DNA of 64,000 nucleotides from NCBI GenBank assembly GCA_030055465.1, contig JASFYF010000001.1, positions 163,179 to 227,178 of the forward strand, given 5' to 3'. Numbering within the stretch: position 1 is the first letter of the stretch; every line of letters starts with the position of its first letter. The notes beneath the pieces were generated by a model. The model searched no databases. It was not told where the DNA came from and was given only the letters and a program-made list of their open reading frames with translations. Made by a program: the position numbers and the translations under genes. This DNA is from Candidatus Nezhaarchaeota archaeon (GTDB lineage Archaea > Thermoproteota > Methanomethylicia > Nezhaarchaeales > WYZ-LMO8). Positions 19,324 to 29,003 of this stretch are shown one piece after another.

Positions 19324-20472
19324 GTGACCGTGAGCGAGTTGGTGCTGCTGATCGATGAACGGTATGCCGGGCAGGCTGATCCGCTGAAAGACGCGATCTC
19401 GAAGATGTTTGGCGCAAGCTTGAGGGTAGTTTTGGTCGCGAATGAATCCTGGGAGGAGGACCTTAAAGCACTCCGAGCCGGCGGGGCAACAATGGCATTT
19501 GTGGTTTCCTTCCTTGGCCCCATGTTGCTGAGCAGGCTCAAGAAGGCCTGCAACCTGGTAGCCCTCGACGACCTGCTGCTGCACATTGCCGGGGCCCACA
19601 CAAACGAGCGCATAGCGGTTTTAACGTCCTCCCCCCTCCAGGAGAGGGTTCTCGTCGAAAACAAGGGGGTCTACGAGGTTACGCCTAAACAGCTCGAAGT
19701 GGTTAAGGTTGATGCAGGCGACCTTAAAGCCATGGGTGAAGGGCTCAAGAGGCTCATCACTCTGGGCTATATGAAGGCCTTCCTAGGCTCGCCGGACCTG
19801 ATTTTATCCTCAGAGGATACGTGGGAGATCCTCCTCGAGGAGGTCGGAGTTAGGAAGGGGTTTGAGTTCATAAATCCCCTGGATGTCCTAGAGGAGTTTC
19901 TCCCATACCTCGCGAAGGAACCCGCAAAGCCGACGGCGTTCGAGCTCAGCCGGATCCTCCCATGCGTGGCTGATTCAGCTAAGATAAGGGTGATAGCGCA
20001 GTTCAACTCACCCATCGGACACGTGCTGCCCTACCTCTACCTCCACTTTAAAAACTCGAAGTACCTGGAACCGTTGGGGACCCTCACCTTTCTGACCGAG
20101 CAAGAAGAGATGGTGACGCTGTTCTCTTCCGGTAGGGCATGCGTCGTGAAGGTTAAAGACGAGGAGAGGGCTAGAAACATCCTCGAAGAGCTGTTGAACC
20201 TTATGGCTAAGGCGCATGAGCTGTGGACTAAGCGCGGGTCCCCAAGCAGCGAGCTCCTCGAAGCTAGGAGGAGGCTGAACGTCATGAGCATCTACGGGCT
20301 GTTACCCAAGACTAACTGCAGGGCCTGCGGAGAGGAAACTTGTATGGCTTTCAGCGTTAAGCTAATGTCGGGCGCAGCGAAGGTTGAACACTGCAGACCG
20401 CTAAGCTCGGATGAGCGTTTTAAAGCCTCCTACCGCAGGCTTAAAGAGATTACGGCTTCACCCTTAGTGTGA
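19324..20472 (+). CDS. Fusion: Asp/Glu/hydantoin-racemase-like N-terminal domain + TBP-like domain + C-terminal [4Fe-4S] (AcsC-type FeS) domain
   Basis: C-terminal YGLLPKTNCRACGEETCMAF...C; middle LPCVADSAKIRVIA...TLFSSGR; N-terminal half ends in racemase-like EFINPLD. N-terminal fold call is inference. Confidence 0.7.
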   Translation: MTVSELVLLIDERYAGQADPLKDAISKMFGASLRVVLVANESWEEDLKALRAGGATMAFVVSFLGPMLLSRLKKACNLVALDDLLLHIAGAHTNERIAVLTSSPLQERVLVENKGVYEVTPKQLEVVKVDAGDLKAMGEGLKRLITLGYMKAFLGSPDLILSSEDTWEILLEEVGVRKGFEFINPLDVLEEFLPYLAKEPAKPTAFELSRILPCVADSAKIRVIAQFNSPIGHVLPYLYLHFKNSKYLEPLGTLTFLTEQEEMVTLFSSGRACVVKVKDEERARNILEELLNLMAKAHELWTKRGSPSSELLEARRRLNVMSIYGLLPKTNCRACGEETCMAFSVKLMSGAAKVEHCRPLSSDERFKASYRRLKEITASPLV

Positions 20473-20480
20473 GGAGAGGT

Positions 20481-20789
20481 ATGGTCCTGCTCCTAGTGTT
20501 GAGCCCGCCCAGCAGCCTCCTCAACAGCCACGCCTTCAGGGTGCTCGTGGAGGGCGCCGAGGCAGCATACCTAGCCAGCAGCGGCGTATACGCCGCCGTT
20601 GAGGGGGGGCCTGTGAGTGGGGAGATAGCAAGGCTTGCGAGGAGGGGGGTTGTATACGTTTCGCGGGAGGACCTACTGGAGAGAGGGGTGAAGCTTGACA
20701 TGCTCATTGATGGAGTAAAGATGCCGAGGAACTTCTACTTGGCCTTTGTCGAACACGCCTTCAAGTCGGGGAAGGTCGTGGTGCTGTAG
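20481..20789 (+). CDS. DsrH/TusB-like protein (alternative start 20469)
   Basis: LLVLSPPS...YLASSGVYAA...VYVSREDLLERGV. Confidence 0.65.
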   Translation: MVLLLVLSPPSSLLNSHAFRVLVEGAEAAYLASSGVYAAVEGGPVSGEIARLARRGVVYVSREDLLERGVKLDMLIDGVKMPRNFYLAFVEHAFKSGKVVVL

Positions 20790-21146
20790 GTGGCAGCTGT
20801 GAAGATAGCCATCAAAATCCTCGTGGGACCATACACATTTCAACATTCAGAAGTAGCCCTCCGCATCGCCGAGAAGGCGTTGGAGGTGGGGGCCAAAGTG
20901 GTCATTTTCCTATATCTTGACGGAGTTCACTGCGCCAAGAGGGGGCAGAGCCCACGCGAGTTCACGAACATCGAGGGCAAGATCGAGGAGCTGAAGCATA
21001 GGGGAGCTGAAGTGGCGGTGTGTTTGAGGTGTGCTGCTGCGAGGGGTTACGGCGAGCGCGACGTGGCTGAAGGGGTTGGAATGATGCCCCTCAACGAGTT
21101 CGCAAGTCAAGTGAAGGACGCCGACGTCGTGATGGTAGTGAAGTAG
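20790..21146 (+). CDS. DsrE/TusD family sulfur-relay protein
   Basis: GPYT, IFLYLDGVH, VCLRCAAARG. Confidence 0.85.
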   Translation: MAAVKIAIKILVGPYTFQHSEVALRIAEKALEVGAKVVIFLYLDGVHCAKRGQSPREFTNIEGKIEELKHRGAEVAVCLRCAAARGYGERDVAEGVGMMPLNEFASQVKDADVVMVVK

Positions 21147-21367
21147 CATCACTGCATGTTTTCCTCTCCTGCTTGCCCCGCGCAGTGGGGGTTGGCTTCC
21201 AAGCGTAAGGCCCCCCACAAGGTCCACACCCCCCTGGGCCAGTTAGGTTTCTGCGTTGCCTTAGACGTTGCGTCGGGCTCACAGCTTGCCTCTCCTCAAA
21301 ACCGGTTTCCCCTGGAAGGGGATTCTACCGCCGGATAAAGCAATAAAGAAAGTGAGGGAGGGTGTAG

Positions 21368-21736
21368 CTAATCGCGTAGCATCAATATGGGCTTTGAGGA
21401 CCTGTCGCTTGAGTGCTTGGTGTACTCCTTCGGATTGAGGTTCGAAACTATGTACTCGAAGGCCGCGTTGGGATCCGACTTTAAACCGCACGTGTACACG
21501 TCCACGGCGGCGTAACCGTACTTAACCCAGGTGTGGATGGCTATGTGGCTCTCGGTTATTAAAGCTATTACGGATACGCCTCCAAGCTCTCCCCCGAAGG
21601 ACCACGATTTAACCTCGTGGAGCGTGCAATGGGCCTTCTCAACAGCCTCCCTCACTATCCTCCTCAGGGCCATTTCGTCGGCGAGGGCTTTGGGGTCGCA
21701 GTCGTAGAGGTTGCCGTAAACGTGTTTGCCGATCAC
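21368..21736 (-). CDS. Pyruvoyl-dependent SpeD-family decarboxylase proenzyme (AdoMetDC or arginine decarboxylase paralog)
   Basis: GKHVYGNL, ESHIAIHTW autocleavage motif, DVYTCG; GTG start 21736 rather than the ORF-track 21889. Confidence 0.9.
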   Translation of the reverse strand: MIGKHVYGNLYDCDPKALADEMALRRIVREAVEKAHCTLHEVKSWSFGGELGGVSVIALITESHIAIHTWVKYGYAAVDVYTCGLKSDPNAAFEYIVSNLNPKEYTKHSSDRSSKPILMLRD

Positions 21737-21975
21737 CTGTTTAACTGGGCATGTCTCCTGCGTGGACACCTCTTCTCTTAAACCTCCAAGAGACCGTGGA
21801 AACTTGTTTAGCTTAAAAAGTTTTCTATAACTGTTGAGGCGCTTCAACATTGTTTTTGAACTTAAACTACACTTAGAGCTGGAGGCCACTCCATCAGTTC
21901 AGCGCGGAACTGCAGAAGCATTAAATTTATTCTTCCAGCAGTGCAAATGGTTCCCTCACCTGAGAGGAGTGCGAT

Positions 21976-23496
21976 TTGAGCGAGTCGGGCGCCGCGAATG
22001 GACGGGTTAGGCTGAAGTACTCTGGATTCGTAGTCTTCGCCTCCAGGATGCTAAGCATCGGCACGGGGCTTATCTTCACCCTGATGGTTACGAGGAACGT
22101 ATCACCGGAGGCATACGGCGTCTACGGGAACATCAGCGACGTCGTCTCCTACTTCACGTTGGCATCATCGATAATTCCGTTCTGGCTGACGAGGGCCGTG
22201 GCGAGGATGCAGCCGGGCTCATCCAGAACCGGCTTAACGGTCAACGCATTGATGGGGATCGCGTTTACGGGGGCATACCTGGCGGTTTACCCGATCTTAA
22301 TCCAAGCGCTCGGGGTGGGCGCGGAGTACCTTCCAGTATACCTGATCGCGGCGTTTACAATACTTGAAGGGCACGTCATAGCGGCCCTGGAGGCCATAGC
22401 GTATCCTAGACGCCCCGAGGTCTTGGGGTTCGGGCTCCTCTTGTTTGAGGCCAGCAAGGTTGTTTTGGGATTCATCTTGATAATCGGCTTAGGGATGGGC
22501 TTGTCCGGCGCCTTGGCCAGCACGATTGTCGCTTGGCTCCTCCAGGCCTGGTTTTACTTTAGGCACGTTCGAGGCGAGCTCGGAGAGGGCTTCAGCTGGG
22601 CTTACGTCAAAAAGTGGTTTAAGGCGTCCCTGCTCAACGTGTACAGCATAGTTTGCAGCAGAATATACGCCTTCACGAGCATCCTCCTCTTCGTCTACGG
22701 AGGGGAGGTATCAAGGGCATACTACGGGGCAGCCTCAACCCTGGCATCCATAGTTGGCTACTCCTCGTCCCTAGCCATCGCCTTATACCCGAGGCTTCTC
22801 TCGGGCTCTAAGCCCGAGGACGTAACGGAAACCTTGAAGCTTGTTTTGATGTTCGCCATCCCCATGAGCGTGGGGGCGCTCGTCCTCTCACAGGAACTGC
22901 TCTACATGCTCAACCCATCCTACGCCGTTGCCTGGGTGATCGTTGTGCTTCTCTCCCTGAACTCGCTGCTCTCAACAGTGTCCTCGCTGTTCGAGTCCAC
23001 CGTAAGCGGGTCCGAGAGGGTGGACAGCGAAGGGCATCTATCCGTGATAAGGCTTGTCAAGAGCAGGCTCTTCAAGCTGATAACGCTCTCCTACGTTCAA
23101 ACAGCGGTGGTTGTGGTGTTGGCGTACCTCATCTTCAGCTCTTCAACCCTTAGCTCCGTTGGCGCAGCCCTATGCCTATCATCCCTCAACCTGCTGGGCA
23201 CGGGACTCACGTTCCTGCCCAAGTACCTGATGGCCAAGGGCAGCGTGGACTTCAAGTTTCCATGGGTTTCCACCGGCAAGTATTTGGCTGCATCGCTGGT
23301 CATGGCTTCCACGCTGTGGCTGCTGCAGGCCCCTCCAAAGCTTGGGTTAACGATAGGTAGAGTAGCCTTCGGCGCCCTTGTGTACTTCGCAGTGCTCCTC
23401 GCAGTTGATGTGGAGGCGAGGGGCCTCCTCAAGGCCCTGCGAAGGGGCGTTCAAAGGACCTTAAACTCCGGGAGGCTGGCCGACCTCTTCTCGTAG
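21976..23496 (+). CDS. Polysaccharide flippase/MATE-like membrane protein
   Basis: About 13 hydrophobic segments; YGVYG, YYGAA, LYPRLL patterns. Confidence 0.75.
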   Translation: MSESGAANGRVRLKYSGFVVFASRMLSIGTGLIFTLMVTRNVSPEAYGVYGNISDVVSYFTLASSIIPFWLTRAVARMQPGSSRTGLTVNALMGIAFTGAYLAVYPILIQALGVGAEYLPVYLIAAFTILEGHVIAALEAIAYPRRPEVLGFGLLLFEASKVVLGFILIIGLGMGLSGALASTIVAWLLQAWFYFRHVRGELGEGFSWAYVKKWFKASLLNVYSIVCSRIYAFTSILLFVYGGEVSRAYYGAASTLASIVGYSSSLAIALYPRLLSGSKPEDVTETLKLVLMFAIPMSVGALVLSQELLYMLNPSYAVAWVIVVLLSLNSLLSTVSSLFESTVSGSERVDSEGHLSVIRLVKSRLFKLITLSYVQTAVVVVLAYLIFSSSTLSSVGAALCLSSLNLLGTGLTFLPKYLMAKGSVDFKFPWVSTGKYLAASLVMASTLWLLQAPPKLGLTIGRVAFGALVYFAVLLAVDVEARGLLKALRRGVQRTLNSGRLADLFS

Positions 23497-23903
23497 CAGC
23501 TCAAGGAGCTCGAATGGGCCTCCTCCATAAGTCCAGTTGCCCCCGCAGCCGCCACCCTTGAGGTCAAGACCTCGCTCACCGCGACCTTCAAGAACCTTTC
23601 GCGGGTCTCTTCAAGGTAATCCTCAACGCGTAGTGCTTCTCTCGAATTATATCGATGAATCCAACCTCCTCATAGCTGAGGTGAACGACATGTTCAGCTC
23701 GCTCCAGGCCGATGCCTTGCTTCTCGGCGTGAGGCTTCAGCATCGATTCAATCCGGAGGCAATCCGCGAAGCTTTCCTGCAGCAAGCGTGTCGGTTTAAG
23801 TTGAAGGACGCAAACTTGACTTTGCGAGGGACGCGTAAGCGGGGCCGGGTGGCGTGGATGGGTTTTTCAGCATAAGTGGGCGCTGCTCATCAGTTCCCAT
23901 TCC

Positions 23904-24198
23904 CTAGGCTACGCTAGAAGTTGCGTGGATGTGTCCCGTTGGGGCCTGGATAACCTTCTTCCTTGCCCTCTGCAGGAGGCACCACACGGCGCCCCGCGAC
24001 ACGCCCATTCTGCTCGGCTTCCTACCTGCGATAGGCCTTCAAGACCCGCTAGCCGGAGAATCCTCGAGCTCCAAGAACGTGGGCTCAAGGCCGCTAGGCG
24101 GAGGAAGAGTCAAACCGATTCTCAGCGGCGTCGCCATCACCGTGACCGGCTTAGACTACCCCCTCCTTCCCGCTGCGCCTGAGCCTCCGTCTTCGCAT
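23904..24198 (-). pseudogene. DUF134 family HTH protein pseudogene
   Basis: Across frameshifts reads MRRRRLRRS/GRRG*SKPVTV...LELE/ILRLAGLEGLSQ/RMGVSRGAVWCLLQRARKKVIQA; divergent from DUF5320 and Mrp, the usual context of this family. Confidence 0.75.
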
Positions 24199-24321
24199 GG
24201 TTGCGCCACCACTCAAGGTTTATGCTTTGCAACTTCGCTAGGTCCGCGCACAAGCCTGCATTGCCCTCTCCCATTCGTGGCCGCTTGTCTTCATTTAAGC
24301 GGGAACACGTTCATACGTTTC

Positions 24322-24360
24322 TGTGATATTTCACAAAATTTAAAAATGTGCTTAGACACA
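24322..24360. promoter_or_regulatory. Two related palindromes in the divergent promoter region
   Basis: TGTGA-TATT-TCACA (24322-24335) and TGTG-N6-CACA (24347-24360) flanking TTTAAAAA. Confidence 0.4.
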
Positions 24361-24380
24361 AAATATTTTCAGAGGTGAGG

Positions 24381-24734
24381 GTGTTGGCATGGGTTTGGAG
24401 GTCTGGACCTTGGCCAGGTAGGGGGCCATTCAGCCACCTGCCACCGTGGCAGAGGCCGGGATGGCTTTTTGGGCGAGGATGGTGCGGATGGCTTCCCAGT
24501 CATCCATGGATCTACGCGGGGTCTCCAAGAGTTTGGGCCTACGTGCCCTACGCGCCACCCACCTATCCGGCATTGGACCCGCCGCAAGCATTGCTAAGAG
24601 AAGAGCTGGCGGCACTTGAAGACTACAAGAAAAAGCTTGGAGAGGAGGAGGCCAGCATAGAGGCGAGGATTAAAGAGCTGAAGTCAAGGCTTGAAAAGGG
24701 TGAGGGAAGACTCCCAGAGCAGCAAAGATCCTGA
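24381..24734 (+). CDS. DUF5320-like Gly/Trp/Pro-rich protein with C-terminal coiled coil
   Basis: GPWPGRGPFSHLPPWQRPGW...EELAALEDYKKKL...IEARIKELK; RBS GAGGTGA. Confidence 0.8.
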   Translation: MLAWVWRSGPWPGRGPFSHLPPWQRPGWLFGRGWCGWLPSHPWIYAGSPRVWAYVPYAPPTYPALDPPQALLREELAALEDYKKKLGEEEASIEARIKELKSRLEKGEGRLPEQQRS

Positions 24735-24940
24735 GCTAATCGTCCAACGTAAGCCTCGTTGGCGCACTAGTGCACTGCCCCACTTTATATCCATAGATTC
24801 ACGGCACGCCTAGGTTAGCGAAATAGCACATTCTACCTTTTCCATTATCCCTAGTTTATTTTTTAAACAGAAAAAATATTAAAACATTCAAAACATTGAA
24901 TTCGAGGCCTCAAGTTCATCGAGGTTCAGGTGGAGAATTC

Positions 24941-25858
24941 ATGAGCTCGGAATGCGGCGGCAAATGCGATTCCTGCTCTAAGGCGAGCACTTGCTCTGAC
25001 CCTAGAAAAGAAGAATGGGAGGACGAGCAAAGGCTCAAGCAGAACTTGAGCAAGATCAAGCATAAAATAGCAATCATAAGCGGCAAGGGAGGAGTTGGGA
25101 AGAGCACCGTCACCGTGAACCTAGCCATGGCCTTCGCCATGCAAGGCCACGTGGATAGGGTGGGGATACTTGACGTGGACATCCACGGCCCCAGCATCCC
25201 CAAGATGCTTGGGTTGAAAGGCGAAAGGCTTCAGGCCCTCCCAGCGGGCTTAGTTTTCCCGGTGGTTGGGCCGCTTGGGATAAGGGTCGTGTCCATGGAC
25301 TTCCTTCTCCCGAGCGATGAGGTTCCGGTGATATGGCGCGGGCCGATGAAAATGAGGGCCATCAAGCAGTTCCTCTCAGATATAACTTGGGGGGACCTGG
25401 ACTACCTCTTCATAGACCTGCCGCCGGGCACGGGCGATGAGCCCCTCAGCGTGGTGCAATTCATGCAGAACATTGATGGGGTCGTGATAGTCACCATACC
25501 CTCCGAGGTATCTCAGGTTGTCGTCAAGAAGGCCGTCACCTTCGCCAGAGAGCTTAAGGTTCCTGTGATCGGAATAGTGGAGAACATGAGTGGGTTCGTC
25601 TGCCCCAACTGCGGCTCGGAGGTAGACATATTCAAGGTTGGCGGAGGGCAAAGGATATCGGAGGAGCTCGGCGTTCCGTTTCTAGGGAAGATACCGATAG
25701 ACCCAAGGATATGTGAGGACTCCGATAAGGGCGTTCCGTTCATAGTTGGGCACGCCGACTCCCCAGCAGCGAGGGCCTTCATGGAGATCGTCGAAAAGAT
25801 CGATCGCTTCCTGAACTCTTCATCGAAGGATACATCGAGTAATCAAGAGAGCAACTAG
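24941..25858 (+). CDS. mrp: Mrp/NBP35 Fe-S cluster carrier ATPase
   Basis: N-terminal CGGKCDSC...C, SGKGGVGKST, DLPPGTGD, ENMSGFVCPNC. Confidence 0.95.
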   Translation: MSSECGGKCDSCSKASTCSDPRKEEWEDEQRLKQNLSKIKHKIAIISGKGGVGKSTVTVNLAMAFAMQGHVDRVGILDVDIHGPSIPKMLGLKGERLQALPAGLVFPVVGPLGIRVVSMDFLLPSDEVPVIWRGPMKMRAIKQFLSDITWGDLDYLFIDLPPGTGDEPLSVVQFMQNIDGVVIVTIPSEVSQVVVKKAVTFARELKVPVIGIVENMSGFVCPNCGSEVDIFKVGGGQRISEELGVPFLGKIPIDPRICEDSDKGVPFIVGHADSPAARAFMEIVEKIDRFLNSSSKDTSSNQESN

Positions 25859-26380
25859 CGAAGACACGCGTGCCTGCAACCTTCAGCGTGCTTGAAGCAT
25901 AGCCCTTTAGGTATAATTGAGTTGGGCCCACTGCAGGAAAACAAGGATCAAGCAAGAACAAGGAGGAGCCGGTCACCTCCCTGTCAAGGCAGAAAGGGAG
26001 GTCTCGGCGCGCGGCTTTCGCATCATTAAATTAACATCGCAACCCATGGTTGTAGCGCTGTTGGCAACGAAGGTGAACGCTGAGAGGGACACGAGATTAT
26101 GGTGGAAACCATGCTTCAGCTGAAGCCTAATGATGTTTCGCGAGGTAGGATTGCGCCGGCGTTGAAAGACCAACGCGAGCACAGGTGTCGAGGCTTACAT
26201 GCGCTTCTGAGCCTATACACGCAACTTGGGCGCGCGGGCTCGGGAGCCAAAGCAGGCGATCGCAGAGGCTGAATTGGAGAGGCGCGTGCTTCACGGCTAG
26301 GAATACCGGAGCCTTTGCCCACGCCGGCGCGAGAGGCTTCGACATCATGGTTGGACTACCCCCTGCCGTGAAGGCTGGCG

Positions 26381-28912
26381 TCACCCGCTGCCGCGCTCGT
26401 GACGTTGCCTCCGCCTGCGGAGCAGCAGCCCAGAAACCTTCTTTACTTCAACAGCTGTAAACGCTAGCGCTGAGACCAGCAGCACGTACCCCCAACCCTC
26501 CATTGATATTGGCACGGCGTGGAACCATTCCGGCACCGCGTATAAAGCTATAAGCTGAAGGGCCAATCCCGCCCCCACGCTAATGGGTATGTAGGGGTTG
26601 ATGGTTAGGCTCCCCTTGAGGTTCATGAAGAACGGTTCCCTCTCCTTTTGGGCCTGCAACCCGTTAAACCACTGCACAACGACCACAGAGGTAAAGACTA
26701 TTGACACCGCGGTCTCGACGTCGTAGACCCCGAGCAGGTGGATGAAGAGCAGGAGGTTCAGGAGGCCCATCACAAGCCCGAAGAAGAGTATTCTAGCCGC
26801 CTGAGCCGAATCGAAGAACTGCCTTTCGGGCTTCTTGGGGGGACGCTCCATCACGTTTCCCTCTTCCTTGGTGAAGGGGAAGGCCTTATCCACAACGCCC
26901 TCCGTGACTAGGTTAATCCAGAGTATCTGGGTTGGGTATAGTGGCAGCGGCAGGCCCATGAGTACGGCAGAGGATATCAGCGTCAGCTCCCCTAGGCACG
27001 TTGAAACTAGGTAGTATATGGCCTTCCTGATGTTGTCGGCTATCAGCCTGCCATTCCTGATGGCATCTACTATGACCTTGAGGTTGTTGTCCAGTATTAT
27101 CATTTTGGCGGCGCTTTTCGCTGCCTCCGTTCCAGAGCCCATGGCTATGCCCAAGTCGGCGATCTTCAAGGCTGGAACGTCGTTCACCCCGTCGCCCGTC
27201 ACCACCACTATCTCACCCCTCTCTTGGAGCACCTTGACGACCCTGTGCTTGTGCTCGGGCAGCACGCGCGCCAGAACCGTGGCCTTATTGAGGGCCACAT
27301 GCAGCTCCTCGTCGCTCATTGACTCCACATCCCTCCCGGTCAGTATCAGGTCCCCCTCGCTCCATATTCCGACCTCCTTGGCCACCGCCTTAGCCGTGAG
27401 GGGGTGGTCGCCCGTTATCATTATGACCTTGATGCCGGCCTTCTTGGCTGTGGCCACCGCCTCCTTAACCCCGCTCTTGGGAGGATCCAGGAAGCCTACG
27501 AGGCCCGCAATCTCTATCCTCCAACTGCTCACGTCATCCCCATTCCACTCCCCAACGCCGAAGGCCAGGACCCTGAGCCCCCGCTCGGCCATCGCGTTCA
27601 GCGCGCCTCCAAGCTCTTTCAGGCGATCGTCGTCGGCAGCGGCCATGGCGGCGAGGGCCTCAAACGCCCCCTTCACGAATAGGGTGGGCTTGCCGTCAAC
27701 CTCGTTGACTGTGGCCATGAACTTGCGCTTCACGTCGAACGGGTACTCCTTGATTCTTGGATGTGCTTTCCTCAACTCCTCGTATTCTGCCCCAACCCAG
27801 TTGGCCAAGGCTACGTCTATCGGGTCCCCAATGCCTCCGCGCGAGTTGTTGCACAGCGCCGCCACAAGCTTAACCTTATCGGGGTTTAAAGCGAGGACGT
27901 CGTTGACCCTCAGCCTGCCCTCAGTTATCGTTCCGGTCTTGTCCGACGCTATGACGGTGGCGCTGCCCAAGGTTTCAACGGCCGGCAGGTGCCTCGTCAA
28001 CGTCTTCCTCTTGCTGAGCATCAGCGCCCCCACCACCAAAACAAAGGTTACAACTATCGGCAAACCCTCGGGAACCGCCGAGACGAGCTCCGCCACGAGG
28101 AGGTAGGCCACCTCTATTATGTCCCTCCCCTGCACCATCCCCACCACGCCCACCCCGGCAAGCAGCGCTACCAGGAAAACCACGTACCTTCTCACGAACG
28201 AGTTGATGGCCCTGTTAAGGGGGGTTTCGGGCGGCTTCTCCTTGGCTTTCTCGGCTATCGAGGCTAGGTAGGTGTTCCTTCCCGTTCTGGCGACCAGGCC
28301 CTTCCCGGAGCCCTTAACCACGACCGTCCCAGCCAACGCCATGTTCCTCAGCTCGTAGGGCATGGAATCCGCCGGCAGAACAACGGAGTGGTCCTTCGAT
28401 ACGGGTATAGACTCGCCCGTGAGCGTCGACTCGTCAATCATGAGCCCCGAACTTTCAATGAGCCTCAAGTCGGCGGTTACAAGGTCCCCCTCGGCTAGAA
28501 CCACGACGTCTCCGGGGACGAGCTCGGAGGAGGGAGCTTCAACCAAGGTTCCGTCCCTCAGCACCTTCACCTTGCTCTCGCTCAGCTTCTTCAGGGCCCT
28601 TATGGAGCTTTCAGCCTTCATCTCCTGCCAGTAGCCCAGGAATCCGTTGGCGAGTACCAACAGGGCGATTATCGTGAAGTCCCTGACCTTGCCCAGGAGG
28701 GCAGATGTGGCGGCGGCCGCGAGCAGTATGTAAACCAAGAAGCTCTTGAACTGCCTGAGGAAGACGCCCAGCCTGCTTACCTTCTCCTCCTCCAAGAGGT
28801 TTCTGCCGTAAATCTGAAGCCTCCTCTCGGCCTCCTCTCGGCTTAACCCTTGAGGGGACGCCCGCAATTCCCTCATCAGCGCGTCGACTTCGACTGCGTG
28901 GGGGGAGCTCAT
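26381..28912 (-). CDS. P-type cation-transporting ATPase (P2A-like)
   Basis: TGES, PEGLP, DKTGT, KGAFE, DPPK, TGDH, GDGVND. Confidence 0.95.
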   Translation of the reverse strand: MSSPHAVEVDALMRELRASPQGLSREEAERRLQIYGRNLLEEEKVSRLGVFLRQFKSFLVYILLAAAATSALLGKVRDFTIIALLVLANGFLGYWQEMKAESSIRALKKLSESKVKVLRDGTLVEAPSSELVPGDVVVLAEGDLVTADLRLIESSGLMIDESTLTGESIPVSKDHSVVLPADSMPYELRNMALAGTVVVKGSGKGLVARTGRNTYLASIAEKAKEKPPETPLNRAINSFVRRYVVFLVALLAGVGVVGMVQGRDIIEVAYLLVAELVSAVPEGLPIVVTFVLVVGALMLSKRKTLTRHLPAVETLGSATVIASDKTGTITEGRLRVNDVLALNPDKVKLVAALCNNSRGGIGDPIDVALANWVGAEYEELRKAHPRIKEYPFDVKRKFMATVNEVDGKPTLFVKGAFEALAAMAAADDDRLKELGGALNAMAERGLRVLAFGVGEWNGDDVSSWRIEIAGLVGFLDPPKSGVKEAVATAKKAGIKVIMITGDHPLTAKAVAKEVGIWSEGDLILTGRDVESMSDEELHVALNKATVLARVLPEHKHRVVKVLQERGEIVVVTGDGVNDVPALKIADLGIAMGSGTEAAKSAAKMIILDNNLKVIVDAIRNGRLIADNIRKAIYYLVSTCLGELTLISSAVLMGLPLPLYPTQILWINLVTEGVVDKAFPFTKEEGNVMERPPKKPERQFFDSAQAARILFFGLVMGLLNLLLFIHLLGVYDVETAVSIVFTSVVVVQWFNGLQAQKEREPFFMNLKGSLTINPYIPISVGAGLALQLIALYAVPEWFHAVPISMEGWGYVLLVSALAFTAVEVKKVSGLLLRRRRQRHERGSG

Positions 28913-29003
28913 GATTGCCTCAGCACACGCTGAGGGCCATCAACTTAAAAAAGGTTTCTTGGGGGGTGGAGGGGAAGAGAAAAGAGGCGAGCGCAGGGGA
29001 GAG

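Noticed and set aside
21147-21365. RNase P or SRP RNA
   Set aside because: A GCAGAAAC word is present, but the GAGGAAAGUCC and 3' conserved regions and the SRP helix 8 motif are absent
23500-23880. Short overlapping ORFs on both strands
   Set aside because: No motif, RBS context or consistent frame; unresolved
23929-24378. 149-aa plus-strand ORF
   Set aside because: Antisense shadow of the DUF134 pseudogene and promoter
25860-26380. Possible universal stress protein relic after the P-type ATPase
   Set aside because: Only a vague N-terminal resemblance (MSKPLAP/GKGSG); USP C-terminal motif not found
27018-28106. 362-aa antisense ORF, and similar shadows over other long genes
   Set aside because: Typical GC-rich antisense open frames opposite well-supported genes
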